Below, in pieces: positions 40,495 through 52,001 of a stretch of 64,000 nt of DNA. The stretch is from Verrucomicrobiales bacterium (GTDB lineage: Bacteria; Verrucomicrobiota; Verrucomicrobiia; Verrucomicrobiales; SLCJ01): the NCBI GenBank assembly GCA_046075565.1, contig JBJTQJ010000040.1, positions 25,487-89,486 of the forward strand, in the 5' to 3' direction. Position numbers and translations under genes: made by a program. Below the pieces are notes generated by a model that made no database searches, had not been told where the DNA came from, and saw only the letters and a list, made by a program, of their open reading frames with translations. Every line of letters begins with the position of its first letter. Position 1 is the first letter of the stretch.

Positions 40495-40598
40495 CTGATT
40501 TCCGATTGATGATTGTTGATTTTTGAAGGCTGATTGGATGGTGAAGCGTTGTGCTGCCAGTTCAAAAATCAAAAATCAGCACTCCTCACCCGTCAATC
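40495..40598. repeat. Hairpin element built of 7-bp periodic GATT/AATC repeats
   Basis: GATT at 40497, 40504, 40511, 40518; 17-bp IR 40511-40527 / 40561-40577 with one mismatch. Confidence 0.65.
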
Positions 40599-40654
40599 AC
40601 GAGGTTTCCCGATATTTTACAATCTGCTTGACGGACTACACTAGATAGGCCGGC

Positions 40655-41389
40655 TCATTCTCTAGCCATCGTCTTCTCGACTTCGGTGGCTTGTTCAGGG
40701 GTATCGACACCGGGCGCGACATCATCGGTTTCTAACACACGGATGCGGGCTCCGTTTTCGAGGGCGCGCAGTTGCTCGAGCTGTTCGAGTTTTTCCAGCG
40801 GACTCGGGGCCCAGTCGCGGTAGCGGAGAAGGAAGTCACGGCGATAGCCATAGATGCCCTTGTGCCAAAGAAAACGCGACGAGCCGATGCCGCCCGCGCG
40901 ATCCCATGGGATGGGGGCACGGGAGAAGTAGAGGGCATCACCCTTCACTCCGGTAACGACCTTGACGACATTCGGATCGGCGGCGAGGGCCGCATCTTGC
41001 ATGGGAACCGCGGCGGTGACCATGTCGAGGGAGTGGTCGGCGGCGAGGGCGGCCATGAGCCGGGCGATCAAAGCGGGACTGATGAGCGGTTCATCCCCCT
41101 GGACATTGATGATCCCCTCCCATTCGGGATTGCGTTCCATCACCTCGATGATGCGGTCGGTGCCGCTGGGGTGATCGGGGCGGGTCATTTCCACGCGGGC
41201 GCCGAAAGCGAGGGCGGCATCGCGGATGCGGCCATCATCGGTGGCGATGGCAACATCGGCGCCGCCTGCGGCCGCACGGGCGCGCTCCCAGACATGTTGG
41301 ATCATGGGCTTGCCGGCCAAGGGATGGAGCGGCTTGCCGGGGAACCGGGTCGAGGCGAAACGGGCGGGGATGACGATGGCGAGGCGCAT
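40655..41389 (-). CDS. kdsB: 3-deoxy-manno-octulosonate cytidylyltransferase
   Basis: IPARFASTRFPGKPL, SGTDR, NVQGDEP, LEQLRAL. Confidence 0.96.
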   Translation of the reverse strand: MRLAIVIPARFASTRFPGKPLHPLAGKPMIQHVWERARAAAGGADVAIATDDGRIRDAALAFGARVEMTRPDHPSGTDRIIEVMERNPEWEGIINVQGDEPLISPALIARLMAALAADHSLDMVTAAVPMQDAALAADPNVVKVVTGVKGDALYFSRAPIPWDRAGGIGSSRFLWHKGIYGYRRDFLLRYRDWAPSPLEKLEQLEQLRALENGARIRVLETDDVAPGVDTPEQATEVEKTMARE

Positions 41390-41454
41390 GAAAGGAAAAG
41401 GATTTGGCGAATGGCGGGATCTGGCTCAGATTCCGGTGAGTCAAGATACTCGCC

Positions 41455-41859
41455 ATGTCCACTCTACAAAACGATTTCGCCCGCTTCACGATTGTCAATC
41501 TGGAGCCGGATTCCCCGTCCCGGGGTCCCTTTATCGTGACCCAGAATGGCTCGGTTCCCGGTGATCCGCGGGTTAGGAACAAAATCCACCTGCTGGCCCG
41601 CGATGGCACATGGGTGGACATGGCTGTTTTGTTCACCGACCCCGCGGGCATGGCGGCGGATCTCCTTTTCGAAACGGTCACGGAAATGCTCGCCGTGATC
41701 GAAAAACTTGCCGGTCCAGCGGTCGTGCGTCCGATTAAAATCAACCCGGAGCAAAGTCTCGCGGAGATCGAACGCATCGAAGCTTCGGGCGGGTTGCGCG
41801 CCGCCATCCGGACCATGATCGAAGCACGTCACCAGGCGGGAAATAAATCCCACGACTGA
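41455..41859 (+). CDS. Hypothetical protein
   Basis: ATG-started ORF filling the intergenic space; plausible composition. Confidence 0.65.
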   Translation: MSTLQNDFARFTIVNLEPDSPSRGPFIVTQNGSVPGDPRVRNKIHLLARDGTWVDMAVLFTDPAGMAADLLFETVTEMLAVIEKLAGPAVVRPIKINPEQSLAEIERIEASGGLRAAIRTMIEARHQAGNKSHD

Positions 41860-41894
41860 CCGTCCGCCATTCCAACCCATTGATTTCCATTTCC

Positions 41895-43286
41895 ATGAAC
41901 TACCATCCTCTGCTCGCCGCAACCTTCGCTCTCGGACTCGCTTCCTGCACCTTTGGTCCCGACTATAAAAAGCCCGAAACGGCATTGCCTTCAACCATCC
42001 GCGATGGAGGCACCGGCGCGGAGTCATCGGGAGACAAACTGTGGAAAGACATGTTTCCGGACGCCGCATTGCGCGGGTTGATCGACGAGGCGCTGGCGAA
42101 CAACCGCGATCTCGTCGCGGCGACGTATCGCATCGAGGAAGCGGCGGCGGCCGCGGATGCCGCGCGTTCCCAGTTTTTCCCGACACTCGATGGGCAGGGT
42201 TCGGCCACACGCGGTCGTTCATCCCAGGAAAACGGGCCGCTTGCCCCGGGATTCAATCCCTACTACAACAGCTTCAATCTCGGCGCCTTGCTCTCCTATG
42301 AGGTGGACCTCTGGGGCCGGGTGCGCAAGTCAAACGAAAGCGCCCGCTCTCGCCTTCTCGAATCGGAGTATGCCCGGGCAACAGTGCAGTCGACTCTTGT
42401 CGCTTCGGTAGCCGCCGCCTACGTTGATTTGCGTGCGTCGGACCGCCAGCTTGAGATTGCAAAAACCACACTCGCCTCCCGGAAAGAATCGCTCGAAATC
42501 GTCCGCAAACGCGTGCAAGAGGGTGTCTCCTCGGATCTGGAAGCGGGCCAAGCGGAAGTTTTGCTCCACCAGGCCGAAGTGGCCGTGCCGACGGCGGAAC
42601 GCGCCATTACCCTGAAGGAAAATGAGATCTCCTTTTTGTTAGGAAGATTGCCGGGCGGCGCGCAACGCGGCCAGTCGCTGGAAGCCCTCGCCGGGCGGAT
42701 GCGGGTGAGCGCCGGACTTCCCACGGCCCTTCTCGAGCGCCGTCCCGACATCCTTGCCGCCGAACAAAACCTGATCGCGCAGAATGCCGACATCGGTGTG
42801 GCGAAGGCCGCCTACTTCCCCGCGTTGCGTTTGACCGGTCAAGGTGGCCTGCTCAGCAACGATGTGGATCAGCTCTTCCAATCCACCGCCCGCACCTGGG
42901 CCTTCACGCCCTCGTTGGCCGGGCCGATTTTTGACGGTGGGCGCATCCGCGCGAATGTGAAAGCCACCGAAGCAAGGCAGAAGCAGTCGCTCGCAGAATA
43001 CGAAAAGAGTATTCAACTTGCCTTCCGTGAAAGCGCGGACTCGCTCATCAGTTACGGAAAAGCAGGTGAGATTGTCGGACGGCAGAGGGATCTCGTGGCT
43101 TCCTTGCAGAAGGTGGCCGATCTGGCTTCCGCCCGTTACGAAGGCGGGGCATCCAGCTACCTCGAAGTGCTTGATGCCGAACGGAACCTCTTCGAGGGCG
43201 AACTCACCCTCACGGATGCCCTGCGCCTGCGCTTGCTGAGCGTGGTCGAAGCCTACCGCGCCCTCGGCGGCGGATGGAAACAGTGA
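41895..43286 (+). CDS. Efflux outer-membrane factor lipoprotein (NodT/OprM family)
   Basis: Lipobox LASC..GPDY..P, SYEVDLWGR, LLERRPDI.AAE, ALGGGW. Confidence 0.94.
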   Translation: MNYHPLLAATFALGLASCTFGPDYKKPETALPSTIRDGGTGAESSGDKLWKDMFPDAALRGLIDEALANNRDLVAATYRIEEAAAAADAARSQFFPTLDGQGSATRGRSSQENGPLAPGFNPYYNSFNLGALLSYEVDLWGRVRKSNESARSRLLESEYARATVQSTLVASVAAAYVDLRASDRQLEIAKTTLASRKESLEIVRKRVQEGVSSDLEAGQAEVLLHQAEVAVPTAERAITLKENEISFLLGRLPGGAQRGQSLEALAGRMRVSAGLPTALLERRPDILAAEQNLIAQNADIGVAKAAYFPALRLTGQGGLLSNDVDQLFQSTARTWAFTPSLAGPIFDGGRIRANVKATEARQKQSLAEYEKSIQLAFRESADSLISYGKAGEIVGRQRDLVASLQKVADLASARYEGGASSYLEVLDAERNLFEGELTLTDALRLRLLSVVEAYRALGGGWKQ

Positions 43287-43345
43287 GCCTCGCTCAAAGC
43301 GGCACCTTCGCCTCCAAGGCAAGCATGGAATTCGCCTCATCCAGC

Positions 43346-44224
43346 ATGTCGCACGGTGCTTTCGCCGCCCTTGAACTCGGCGGCACCAAGACAGTGGCTG
43401 CCATCGGTCGCGCAGACGGCTCGGTCATCGAAGAGATCCGCTTTCCCACGACCGGCCCGGAAAGAACCCTCGCCACAGCAACCGCCTGGTGGAAAGAACG
43501 TTTTGGTTCAGATGAACCGGATGCCATCGGTGTGGGGAGTTTTGGTCCCATCCGTGTCGCTCACCCCGCCTCCGATTTCGGAGTGATGCTGGCGACTCCG
43601 AAACCGGGATGGCAAGGATTTGCCGTAGCGGCTTTTCTCAAGTCCGCATTTCCTAACGCGGCCTTCGCCATGGACACGGATGTGAATGCCGCCGCGCTTG
43701 CGGAGAGCAAACTCGGGGCCGCGCGAGGTCACGCGGATGTGGCCTATATCACGGTTGGCACCGGACTCGGTGCGGGCGTTCTTTCCGGCGGACGATTGGT
43801 GCACGGCGCGGTGCATCCGGAGGTCGGACATCTGCGCGTCCCGCGTCATCCAGACGACACATTCGAGGGAGTATGTCCATTCCACGGTGATTGCCTGGAG
43901 GGCATGTGCAGTGGTCCGGCGATTCACCGTCGTTGGGGAATCGAAGCCAAAGATCTTCCACCAGAGCATCCGGCATGGGAGATGGAGGCATGGTATTTAG
44001 CTCACGGCATCATCGCTCTCGCGGCCGTCGTGTGTCCATCGATCGTTGTGCTCGGCGGCGGCGTGCCACAGGCCGAAGGATTGCATGAACGTGTCGCAGC
44101 GCGGGTCGCGGAATTATCGAACGGTTATTTCGAAGGCGTGGACAAACCGGGATATATCGTGCCGCCTGCGCTCGGCCAGCAAGCGGGCATTGTCGGCGCT
44201 TTGTTGCTTCCCATGCAGGCTTGA
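43346..44224 (+). CDS. ROK family sugar kinase (fructokinase-like)
   Basis: ELGGTK, TDVNAAA, VGTGLG, HPEVGH, CPFHGDCLEG. Confidence 0.92.
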   Translation: MSHGAFAALELGGTKTVAAIGRADGSVIEEIRFPTTGPERTLATATAWWKERFGSDEPDAIGVGSFGPIRVAHPASDFGVMLATPKPGWQGFAVAAFLKSAFPNAAFAMDTDVNAAALAESKLGAARGHADVAYITVGTGLGAGVLSGGRLVHGAVHPEVGHLRVPRHPDDTFEGVCPFHGDCLEGMCSGPAIHRRWGIEAKDLPPEHPAWEMEAWYLAHGIIALAAVVCPSIVVLGGGVPQAEGLHERVAARVAELSNGYFEGVDKPGYIVPPALGQQAGIVGALLLPMQA

Positions 44225-44247
44225 TCGTGAAGCTGCGCGTGGCACGC

Positions 44248-45108
44248 TCACTCGAATCTCTCGAGCAGCGGCAGGAGACGGCGGCGTGCTTTCTCCGGCC
44301 AGAGATTCCGGGGTGTCATGATCGCTCCATCAAGCGACTGGTGCTCGGGCCAATCGGCAACCAAAGGAATCTTCGGGATAACCGCCCGGATGACCTCTTT
44401 GGCAGCCTCGGAATTCGCATGCACGTGCGCCATCACGGCCTCCGCGGTAACCGGCGGCTCATCGGTTTTCCAACAATCGTAATCCGTGACCATGGCAAGG
44501 GTGGCGAGTGCGATCTCGGCCTCGCGCGCGAGTTTTGCTTCGGGCAGATTGGTCATGCCGATGACATGTCCGCCCATACGCCGGTGGTTTTCGCTTTCGG
44601 CGCGGGTGGAAAATGCGGGACCATCCATACAAACATAGGTGCCGCCATTATGAACACGGCGGCCTTGGCTGTTTGCTTCTTTTACTAGGAGCTCGCGCAG
44701 GCCCGCGCTGGTCGGTTCGGCAAAGGCGACATGCCCGACGATCCCGCTACCGAAAAACGTGTGATATTCGCGGCGGCTGGTGCGATCAATGAACTGATCG
44801 ACCACAACCATGTCTTCCGGATGCAATTCCTCGCGCAAACTACCCACGGCGGTCACGCAGATCACGAAGCGCGCCCCGAGTGAACGCAGCGCCCACAGGT
44901 TCGCCTGATGCGGGATCTCCGTCGGGAGCAATCGATGGCCGCGTCCGTGCCGGGGCAGAAAGTAGACCATGCGCCCGCCGAGTTCCCCCGCGAGGACGGC
45001 ATCGGAAGGAGCACCAAAAGGCGTCGTGACCACGATCTCCTCGCGGTTCTCGAGCCCGTCCATTTCATAAAGTCCGCTCCCGCCGATGATACCGATTGCC
45101 GTTTCCAT
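44248..45108 (-). CDS. mtnP: S-methyl-5'-thioadenosine phosphorylase
   Basis: IGIIGGSGLY, RHGRGH, GPAFSTRAES, VTDYDCW. Confidence 0.94.
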   Translation of the reverse strand: METAIGIIGGSGLYEMDGLENREEIVVTTPFGAPSDAVLAGELGGRMVYFLPRHGRGHRLLPTEIPHQANLWALRSLGARFVICVTAVGSLREELHPEDMVVVDQFIDRTSRREYHTFFGSGIVGHVAFAEPTSAGLRELLVKEANSQGRRVHNGGTYVCMDGPAFSTRAESENHRRMGGHVIGMTNLPEAKLAREAEIALATLAMVTDYDCWKTDEPPVTAEAVMAHVHANSEAAKEVIRAVIPKIPLVADWPEHQSLDGAIMTPRNLWPEKARRRLLPLLERFE

Positions 45109-45204
45109 GGCGATAGGGTAGCGAATCACCGGGCGCTGGCAAGGGCACCTGGAAAAAGAAGACCTGGTGCGAAATTGCCCCGGCGGGCGTAATGTCCCCG
45201 CTCC

Positions 45205-48200
45205 ATGGCCTCGCGCTCGAAATCGCCCAAAAGACCCGAAAAGTCCGCCTCCAAAAAAACAACGCCCCGACCAGCAGCCGCAGGACCGGTGCCCGCGGCG
45301 GTGGATGGCGAAGTCATCCGGTTGCGTGGCGTGCGCCAAAACAACCTCAAGGGATTTGACCTCGCCCTTCCACTTGGCTCATTCACCGTGGTCACCGGTC
45401 CCTCCGGCTCGGGGAAATCGTCCCTCGCCTTCCAAACACTCTATGCCGAGGGCCAGCGGCGTTACGTCGAGACCTTCTCTCCCTACGTTCGGCAATTTTT
45501 CGATCGTATGGATAAACCCCGCGTCGATCGGATCGAAGGCATCCCGCCCGCCATCGCGATCGAACAGGTTAACAACGTGCGTACGACGCGTTCCACGGTC
45601 GGGACGATCACCGAAATCAACGACTACCTGAAAGTCCTCTTCGCGCGGGTGGCAAGAGGCTACTGCCCGAAGACCGGGTTGGAGGTGCGACCGGACACGG
45701 TTGATTCGGTCCGCTCGTTCGCATTGGCGGAACTTTCCGGCCAGGCCGCGCTTGTGCTCTTTCCCGTGCCGGTGCCGACGGGCACGGCTCCGGCAGATTT
45801 CTTTTCCTTCCTGCAGCAGCAAGGATTCCTGCGCGTCCGCATCTACGGCAAAATCCATCGCACCGATGAGCCGGAGGCTTACCAGAAAAAAACATTGCCG
45901 GCCATCTTGCATGTGGTGCAGGACCGCGTCACTCCGGATGCGAAAAACATGGCGCGATTTACCGAAGCCGTCGAAAGCGCCTTCCACCTCGGCAAGGGCG
46001 AGCTGATGCTGGCATGGGATAACAAAAATGGTGAAACCAAAGAGAAGACCTTCACCCGCGATTGGCTTTGCCCGGAGTCGGGCATCCGCTTGCGTCCCCC
46101 GACCCCGGGATTGTTCTCGTTCAACTCTCCCATCGGGGCTTGTCCAAAATGCCGCGGCTTCGGAAAAGTCATCGGGCTCGATCTCGAGAAGGCGCTGCCC
46201 GACAAGTCACTGAGCATCCGCGGCGGGGTGGTGCGCGCCTTCCAAGGCGAGACCTACCGCGAAAGTCAGGATGATTTGATCAAACACGCCCGCCGTGAAG
46301 GCATCTCCCTCGAAACACCCTTCGATGAACTCGACCAGGAGGAACAGGACTGGATTCTTTATGGTGATCCCGAATGCAAGGATCCCGAGGAGGCTTGGGA
46401 AGCCGGCAAATGGTATGGCGTGAAGGGATTCTTCGACTGGCTGGAGAAACGCACCTACAAGATGCACGTGCGGGTCTTCCTCAGCCGCTTCCGATCCTAC
46501 ACGAATTGTCCCGACTGCCGTGGAGGACGTCTGCAACCCGAGGCCCTGAACTTCCGCATCGGCGGGAAAGCCCTGCCTGATCTCGCGCGGCTGCCAGTGG
46601 ACACGTTGCTCCCATTTCTGGAGCAAGAAGTGCCCCCAAGCATGAAAACACGGGATGGACAACCACTCGATCCCGCCACCGAAACCGTGCGGAAGGAAAT
46701 CCTCTCCCGCCTCCGCTATCTCGAACAAACCGGCCTTGGTTATCTGTCGTTGGATCGCGAGACCCGCACGCTCTCCGGCGGCGAAACGGCGCGCGTGAAT
46801 CTCACCACTTGCTTGGGAGCGTCGCTCACCGGCACACTTTTCGTGCTCGACGAGCCGACGGTCGGGCTTCACCCGCGCGACACAGGCAGGTTACTGGACA
46901 TCATGCGCTCGTTGCGCGATCGCGGCAACACACTGGTCGTTGTTGAACACGAGGAATCGGTCATGCGGGCCAGTGACCATCTCGTGGATATCGGGCCCGG
47001 ACGCGGCATCGAAGGTGGTGAGTTGCTATACAGCGGCGGCACCCGCGAATTTCTAGCCCATGGAGTGTCGCGGGCCTCACTCACCCATGCCTATTTGACG
47101 GGGAAAAAGGACATTGTTGCTCCCGCGAAACGCCGGAAGCCGAAAGGACGCATCGCCATCCGCCGGGCCAGCGAGCACAATTTGAAAAAGATTGATGTCG
47201 ATGTTCCCCTCGGTGTCTTCTGCTGCGTGACCGGTGTTTCCGGTTCCGGCAAGTCCACTCTGGTGCATCGGGTTCTGCATGCCCACCTCGCGCGGGAATT
47301 CGGCGCTTATGATGGTGAGCTCGAGCCAGGTCGCTGCAAATCTATCGACCACGGGGGAAAATTGCGCCAGGTCGTGCTCGTGGACCAATCGCCATTGGCG
47401 CGCACGCCACGTTCGACCCCGGCGGTTTACACAGGGATGTTCGATCCCATCCGGCAGATCTTCGCCCGCTTGCCGGAAGCCGAGGCGGCCGGGCTCACCT
47501 CCGGCTATTTTTCCTTCAATGGTGGCCCGGGACGTTGCCAGCGTTGTATGGGCATGGGCTGGGAGCGTGTGGAGATGCAATTCCTCAGCGACCTGTTCGT
47601 CACCTGTCCGGAATGTGAGGGTCGCAGATACACCAACGAGGCGCTCGTTTACAAACTCGAAGGCAAATCGATAGCCGATGTGCTGGAACTGTCCGTCGAT
47701 GAAGCCATCCCATTCTTCGCCGCCTTGCCCGGCAAGTCGCGTGATCAGCGGGTGATTGCCAATTCACTGAATGCGCTCGCCGAAGTCGGGCTCGGCTACC
47801 TGAAGCTCGGGCAACCGTTGAATACCTTGTCCGGCGGCGAAGCGCAACGGCTCAAGCTTGTTTCCCATTTGCTCGAAGCGAGTCCAGAGCGCGCTGCCTC
47901 GACTGCATTGCTTTTCGACGAACCGACCACCGGTCTTCACTTCGACGACATCGCGCGCCTGCTTGTTGTTTTCCACCGCCTCGTCGCTCAAGGCTATTCA
48001 CTTATCGTCATCGAGCACAACCTCGATGTCATCCTCCAGGCGGACCACGTGATCGATCTCGGACCGGAAGCTGGCGCGGCCGGAGGCGAAGTCGTCGCGA
48101 GTGGAACACCGGAGGAGATCGCAAAGAATCGCGCCTCGCTCACGGGCAAACATCTGAGCGAACTGCTGGCTCGGAGGTCAAGCCATGACATGCCCATGGC

Positions 48201-50871
48201 TGCCGAAGAAGCGGCTTCTTACGGGCGGAGGTCACCGGCCAACAATGCCATCACCATTCACGGGGCCCGCGAGCACAACCTGAAAAACCTTACCCTCGAT
48301 ATCCCACGCGATGAATTCGTCGTCGTGACCGGACTCTCCGGCTCCGGTAAGTCCACCCTCGCCTTCGATATCATTTTCGCCGAGGGACAACGCCGGTTCC
48401 TCGATTCGATGTCGCCGTATGCCCGGCAGTTCGCCGAGCAAATGGAAAAGCCGGACGTGGATCACATCGATGGTCTGCCGCCCACGGTTGCCATCGAGCA
48501 ACGGGTTTCGCGCGGTGGTGGAAAATCCACCGTTGGAACGGTAACGGAAGTTTATCATTTCCTCCGTTTGCTTTATGCCAAGGTCGGCATCCAGCATTGC
48601 CCGGAAAGCGGACTACCCGTCGTTGCGCAGACCCCGCAAGCCATCGCCACGACGATCCTCGAGACGATGCGCGGTGGTCCCGTGGTCGTGCTCGGTCCCG
48701 TGCTGCGCGCGAGGAAGGGCTTTCACACCGATGTGGCCGAAGCAGCGGGGAGAAAAGGCTATACGAAACTCCTCGTGGACAACCAGTTCATGGAGATTGA
48801 TGGCTTCCGCCCGCTCGAGCGATACAAACCCCACGACATCGATATCGTGGTGGAGGAGTTTGCGAAGTCGCGCCAGCCCGACGCCAAAGCCGTGCTCACC
48901 GCAGTGGAAGCCGCTCTCGCCATCGGACATGGCATGTTGCGTATCCTCGGCCCCGATAAAAAGTTCCAGCCGCTGAGCACCAAACGAGTGAGTCCAGCCA
49001 CCGGAAAGTCCTTCGATGATTTGGAGCCGAATACATTTTCCTTCAATTCTCCGCGCGGATGGTGTCCCGCCTGCCGTGGCTACGGACTCGTGCCACGACG
49101 TCCGCGCGCGCTCGACACCCAGGGAGCCGATTCCGCGCTCGAAGCCGAGATGGCTGAAGAACGCCGCATGGAAGACCAGGAGGAAATGGATCTCGTGCCC
49201 TGTGAAGTTTGCGGTGGTTCCCGTCTCCACGAATCCGCACGGGCCGTGCGGGTTCTCGGTCATCGCATTGAAGATGTGGTTTGTCATTCCGTCACCGCCG
49301 CACGCGGAATCCTCGAGGGTTTCCATTTCGACGGGCGCGAGGCCTTGATCGCCCGGGACATTCTTCCGGAAATCCTCCAGCGGCTTCGCTTCATGGAAGA
49401 AGTCGGCCTGGGCTATCTGCAATTGGATCGCAGCGCCACCACCCTTTCCGGTGGGGAAGCCCAGCGCATTCGTCTCGCTGCTCAGCTCGGGTCGAATTTG
49501 CGGGGCGTGTTGTATGTGCTCGACGAGCCAACCATCGGCTTGCACCCGCGCGACAACGAAAAATTGCTATCCACTCTCCACGCCCTCCATGCGAAGGGCA
49601 ATTCATTGCTGGTGGTGGAACATGATGAAGACACCATCCGCCGGGCCGGGCACCTCATCGACCTCGGGCCGGGAGCAGGACGCCTCGGCGGCGAGATTAT
49701 GTATTCCGGAAAGCCGGACGCGGGAGCAGAAAAGAAGGGTAAAGCCGGGAACCCGAACAACTCGGCCACCCTCCGCGCGCTCGGTGAACCCATGCAACAT
49801 CCCGTGCGCGGAAAACGTCGTCCTTTGCCCGCTCCCGGCGATCGCGCCGCTTGGCTGACAGTGGAAGGCGCGAAGCTGCACAATCTCCGGGGACTTGATG
49901 TTTCCATTCCCCGCGCCCGCTTGACGGTGATCACCGGTGTATCCGGCTCCGGAAAATCGACCTTCATGCGTGGCGTGCTTTCACCGGCCGCCGATGCCGT
50001 GGTCAAAGGCAAGGGCAAGGCCCCGAAGGATGCCCGCTGGTCCGCTTTGAAAGGATTTGAAGGATTGGAAATGGTCTATGAAGTCGATCAATCGCCCATC
50101 GGCAAGACGTCGCGTTCGACACCTGGAACCTATGTGAAAGTCTTCGATGAAATCCGTTCGCTTTACGCGCGGCTGCCGGATTCACGTTTGCGCGGTTACG
50201 AAGCCTCGCGGTTTTCCTTCAATACCGAAGGTGGACGTTGCGAGACGTGCCAAGGCAACGGACGCATCAAGATTGAAATGGCCTTTCTTCCGACGACTTG
50301 GGTGCCGTGCGAGGAATGCCGCGGACAACGCTACAACCCCGCAACCTTGGAAGTGCTCTACTATGGAAAATCCATCGGCGATGTGATGGGTATGACCATC
50401 GCCGAAGCGGCGGTGTTTTTCGAATCGCATCCGAAGATCCAGCGCACACTGGCGCTGCTCAACGACACCGGTCTCGGTTATTTGCAACTCGGCCAAGCCA
50501 GCCCCACTCTCTCCGGCGGCGAAGCCCAGCGAATCAAACTCGTTTCCCAACTCACCCGCGGCGCGGGCCGCTCGGCCACCGACAAAATGAAAGGCCGCAA
50601 ACATGGCGGCTGCCTTTATCTCATCGAGGAACCGACCATCGGGCTGCACCTTGAGGATGTCGCGCGCCTCATCGATGTGCTCCACCGTCTCGTTGATGAC
50701 GGACACACCGTGGTCGTGATCGAACACAACATCGACGTGATGAAGGAGGCCGACTATCTCATCGACATCGGACCGGAGGCCGGACCGGCCGGGGGTAAAA
50801 TCACCGCCGCCGGGACGCCGGAGCAGGTTTCGAAATCGAAGGTTTCCCGCACCGCGCCATTCTTGAGGTAA
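45205..50871 (+). CDS. uvrA: Excinuclease ABC subunit A, tandem-duplicated form (1888 aa)
   Basis: Four Walker A motifs ([32 protein letters not shown]), four LSGGE motifs, CxxC zinc sites. Confidence 0.95.
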   Translation: MASRSKSPKRPEKSASKKTTPRPAAAGPVPAAVDGEVIRLRGVRQNNLKGFDLALPLGSFTVVTGPSGSGKSSLAFQTLYAEGQRRYVETFSPYVRQFFDRMDKPRVDRIEGIPPAIAIEQVNNVRTTRSTVGTITEINDYLKVLFARVARGYCPKTGLEVRPDTVDSVRSFALAELSGQAALVLFPVPVPTGTAPADFFSFLQQQGFLRVRIYGKIHRTDEPEAYQKKTLPAILHVVQDRVTPDAKNMARFTEAVESAFHLGKGELMLAWDNKNGETKEKTFTRDWLCPESGIRLRPPTPGLFSFNSPIGACPKCRGFGKVIGLDLEKALPDKSLSIRGGVVRAFQGETYRESQDDLIKHARREGISLETPFDELDQEEQDWILYGDPECKDPEEAWEAGKWYGVKGFFDWLEKRTYKMHVRVFLSRFRSYTNCPDCRGGRLQPEALNFRIGGKALPDLARLPVDTLLPFLEQEVPPSMKTRDGQPLDPATETVRKEILSRLRYLEQTGLGYLSLDRETRTLSGGETARVNLTTCLGASLTGTLFVLDEPTVGLHPRDTGRLLDIMRSLRDRGNTLVVVEHEESVMRASDHLVDIGPGRGIEGGELLYSGGTREFLAHGVSRASLTHAYLTGKKDIVAPAKRRKPKGRIAIRRASEHNLKKIDVDVPLGVFCCVTGVSGSGKSTLVHRVLHAHLAREFGAYDGELEPGRCKSIDHGGKLRQVVLVDQSPLARTPRSTPAVYTGMFDPIRQIFARLPEAEAAGLTSGYFSFNGGPGRCQRCMGMGWERVEMQFLSDLFVTCPECEGRRYTNEALVYKLEGKSIADVLELSVDEAIPFFAALPGKSRDQRVIANSLNALAEVGLGYLKLGQPLNTLSGGEAQRLKLVSHLLEASPERAASTALLFDEPTTGLHFDDIARLLVVFHRLVAQGYSLIVIEHNLDVILQADHVIDLGPEAGAAGGEVVASGTPEEIAKNRASLTGKHLSELLARRSSHDMPMAAEEAASYGRRSPANNAITIHGAREHNLKNLTLDIPRDEFVVVTGLSGSGKSTLAFDIIFAEGQRRFLDSMSPYARQFAEQMEKPDVDHIDGLPPTVAIEQRVSRGGGKSTVGTVTEVYHFLRLLYAKVGIQHCPESGLPVVAQTPQAIATTILETMRGGPVVVLGPVLRARKGFHTDVAEAAGRKGYTKLLVDNQFMEIDGFRPLERYKPHDIDIVVEEFAKSRQPDAKAVLTAVEAALAIGHGMLRILGPDKKFQPLSTKRVSPATGKSFDDLEPNTFSFNSPRGWCPACRGYGLVPRRPRALDTQGADSALEAEMAEERRMEDQEEMDLVPCEVCGGSRLHESARAVRVLGHRIEDVVCHSVTAARGILEGFHFDGREALIARDILPEILQRLRFMEEVGLGYLQLDRSATTLSGGEAQRIRLAAQLGSNLRGVLYVLDEPTIGLHPRDNEKLLSTLHALHAKGNSLLVVEHDEDTIRRAGHLIDLGPGAGRLGGEIMYSGKPDAGAEKKGKAGNPNNSATLRALGEPMQHPVRGKRRPLPAPGDRAAWLTVEGAKLHNLRGLDVSIPRARLTVITGVSGSGKSTFMRGVLSPAADAVVKGKGKAPKDARWSALKGFEGLEMVYEVDQSPIGKTSRSTPGTYVKVFDEIRSLYARLPDSRLRGYEASRFSFNTEGGRCETCQGNGRIKIEMAFLPTTWVPCEECRGQRYNPATLEVLYYGKSIGDVMGMTIAEAAVFFESHPKIQRTLALLNDTGLGYLQLGQASPTLSGGEAQRIKLVSQLTRGAGRSATDKMKGRKHGGCLYLIEEPTIGLHLEDVARLIDVLHRLVDDGHTVVVIEHNIDVMKEADYLIDIGPEAGPAGGKITAAGTPEQVSKSKVSRTAPFLR

Positions 50872-50914
50872 CGAGGAGTGCGAACGGCTATGAATCCCTC
50901 TCGTCCATTGGACG

Positions 50915-51019
50915 GGCAGGGACCGCTGTCCTCAGCGGTCCGTGAGGTCGAGAGGTGATTGGGCTTGTGGAGGCGTCGTCGGTATTCCCCCGCGGACGTT
51001 TGGGACAAACGTCCCTGCC
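50915..51019. repeat. Inverted pair of REP-like hairpins
   Basis: Plus strand GGCAG-GGACCGCTG-TCCT-CAGCGGTCC-G (50915-50942); minus strand GGCAG-GGACGTTTG-TCC-CAAACGTCC-G (50993-51019). Confidence 0.7.
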
Positions 51020-51083
51020 TTTTTCACCCGCGTGTAGATAGGCAATTCTTGTGATAATTCCCGGTCTCAAGTAGACTGCCGGC

Positions 51084-51620
51084 ATGAGCACACCATCAGC
51101 GTCACCAGGCGATAGCCCCAATCTCGCCGGCGTCGGGCTTTTCGCCGGATTCGGTGATGATGTCTTGAGGAACATGGAGGCCCGGGCCCGCCGCATCGTA
51201 ATGGCCAAGGGAGCGGTGGTCTTCAGGGCCGGTGATACCTCCGACGAATTTTTTGTCCTGACCTCGGGCAGGCTGGAAGTGAGTGTGAACCGCAGCGGAC
51301 GCAAGGTGGTGCTCGCTACCCTCGAGCCCTCTGCCTATTTCGGGGAAATGGCCATGCTGGCCGCCGAACCACGTTCAGCGACGGTTACCGCCACCGAAGA
51401 CAGCGTGGTGATCGAGATGAGCCGCCACCTGCTCATGGAATTTTTCCGCGCTCACGAGGGATTGATGGACCAGATGGTCAAAAACATCGCCAATCGAAAA
51501 CGCGCCAATACACCCTTGCTCCAAGAAGAACCGGAGATGCCGAAAACCGGAGCCGACGACGCACCATCCGAGAGGTCCCTGTTCGAACGGATCAAACAGA
51601 TGCTTCACCTCGGGAAGTAG
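51084..51620 (+). CDS. Stand-alone cyclic nucleotide-binding domain protein
   Basis: VFRAGD, YFGEMAML..EPRSATV. Confidence 0.9.
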   Translation: MSTPSASPGDSPNLAGVGLFAGFGDDVLRNMEARARRIVMAKGAVVFRAGDTSDEFFVLTSGRLEVSVNRSGRKVVLATLEPSAYFGEMAMLAAEPRSATVTATEDSVVIEMSRHLLMEFFRAHEGLMDQMVKNIANRKRANTPLLQEEPEMPKTGADDAPSERSLFERIKQMLHLGK

Positions 51621-51640
51621 CTCGGACCGGGAACTCCCGC

Positions 51641-52000
51641 TCACCTTGTCACCATTGCCGAGCGATGGACCGCCAACACGTAGGCTCGCACGGCATCAGA
51701 GTCGGCGGAATCCAATTTCGTGAGGCGGCACATTTCCGGGAGGATTTTTCCGAGCCATTCCGACTCGGTGTAGTCGAGCACCGGTTCCGGTGAATGGCAT
51801 TTCGCGCAGGCCGTGATGTAGAGTTCGCGTCCGCGTTCCAGTTGCGTGGTCGCCGCCGTGCCGGGAGCGATAGATGCGACCGGGGGCGCGATTTGGTTGA
51901 GGCTCTCACATCCGCCCAACGCCAGAAGAACGGGCACAACGAGCCCCCCGCAGAGGAGGGCCCGTGTGCCACCAGAGAGAAGTGAAAATCGCGGAGCCAT
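51641..52000 (-). CDS. Monoheme cytochrome c lipoprotein
   Basis: Lipobox LGGC; CAKCH; distal Met (LPEM). Confidence 0.82.
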   Translation of the reverse strand: MAPRFSLLSGGTRALLCGGLVVPVLLALGGCESLNQIAPPVASIAPGTAATTQLERGRELYITACAKCHSPEPVLDYTESEWLGKILPEMCRLTKLDSADSDAVRAYVLAVHRSAMVTR

Positions 52001-52001
52001 T

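Noticed and set aside
39774-40565. N-terminal extension of the 476-aa ORF 39135-40565
   Set aside because: Overlaps the LAB_N gene and a repeat element; a signal peptide marks the start at 39773
41895-43286. Orphan efflux outer-membrane factor as a novel system
   Set aside because: Stand-alone outer-membrane factor genes are common
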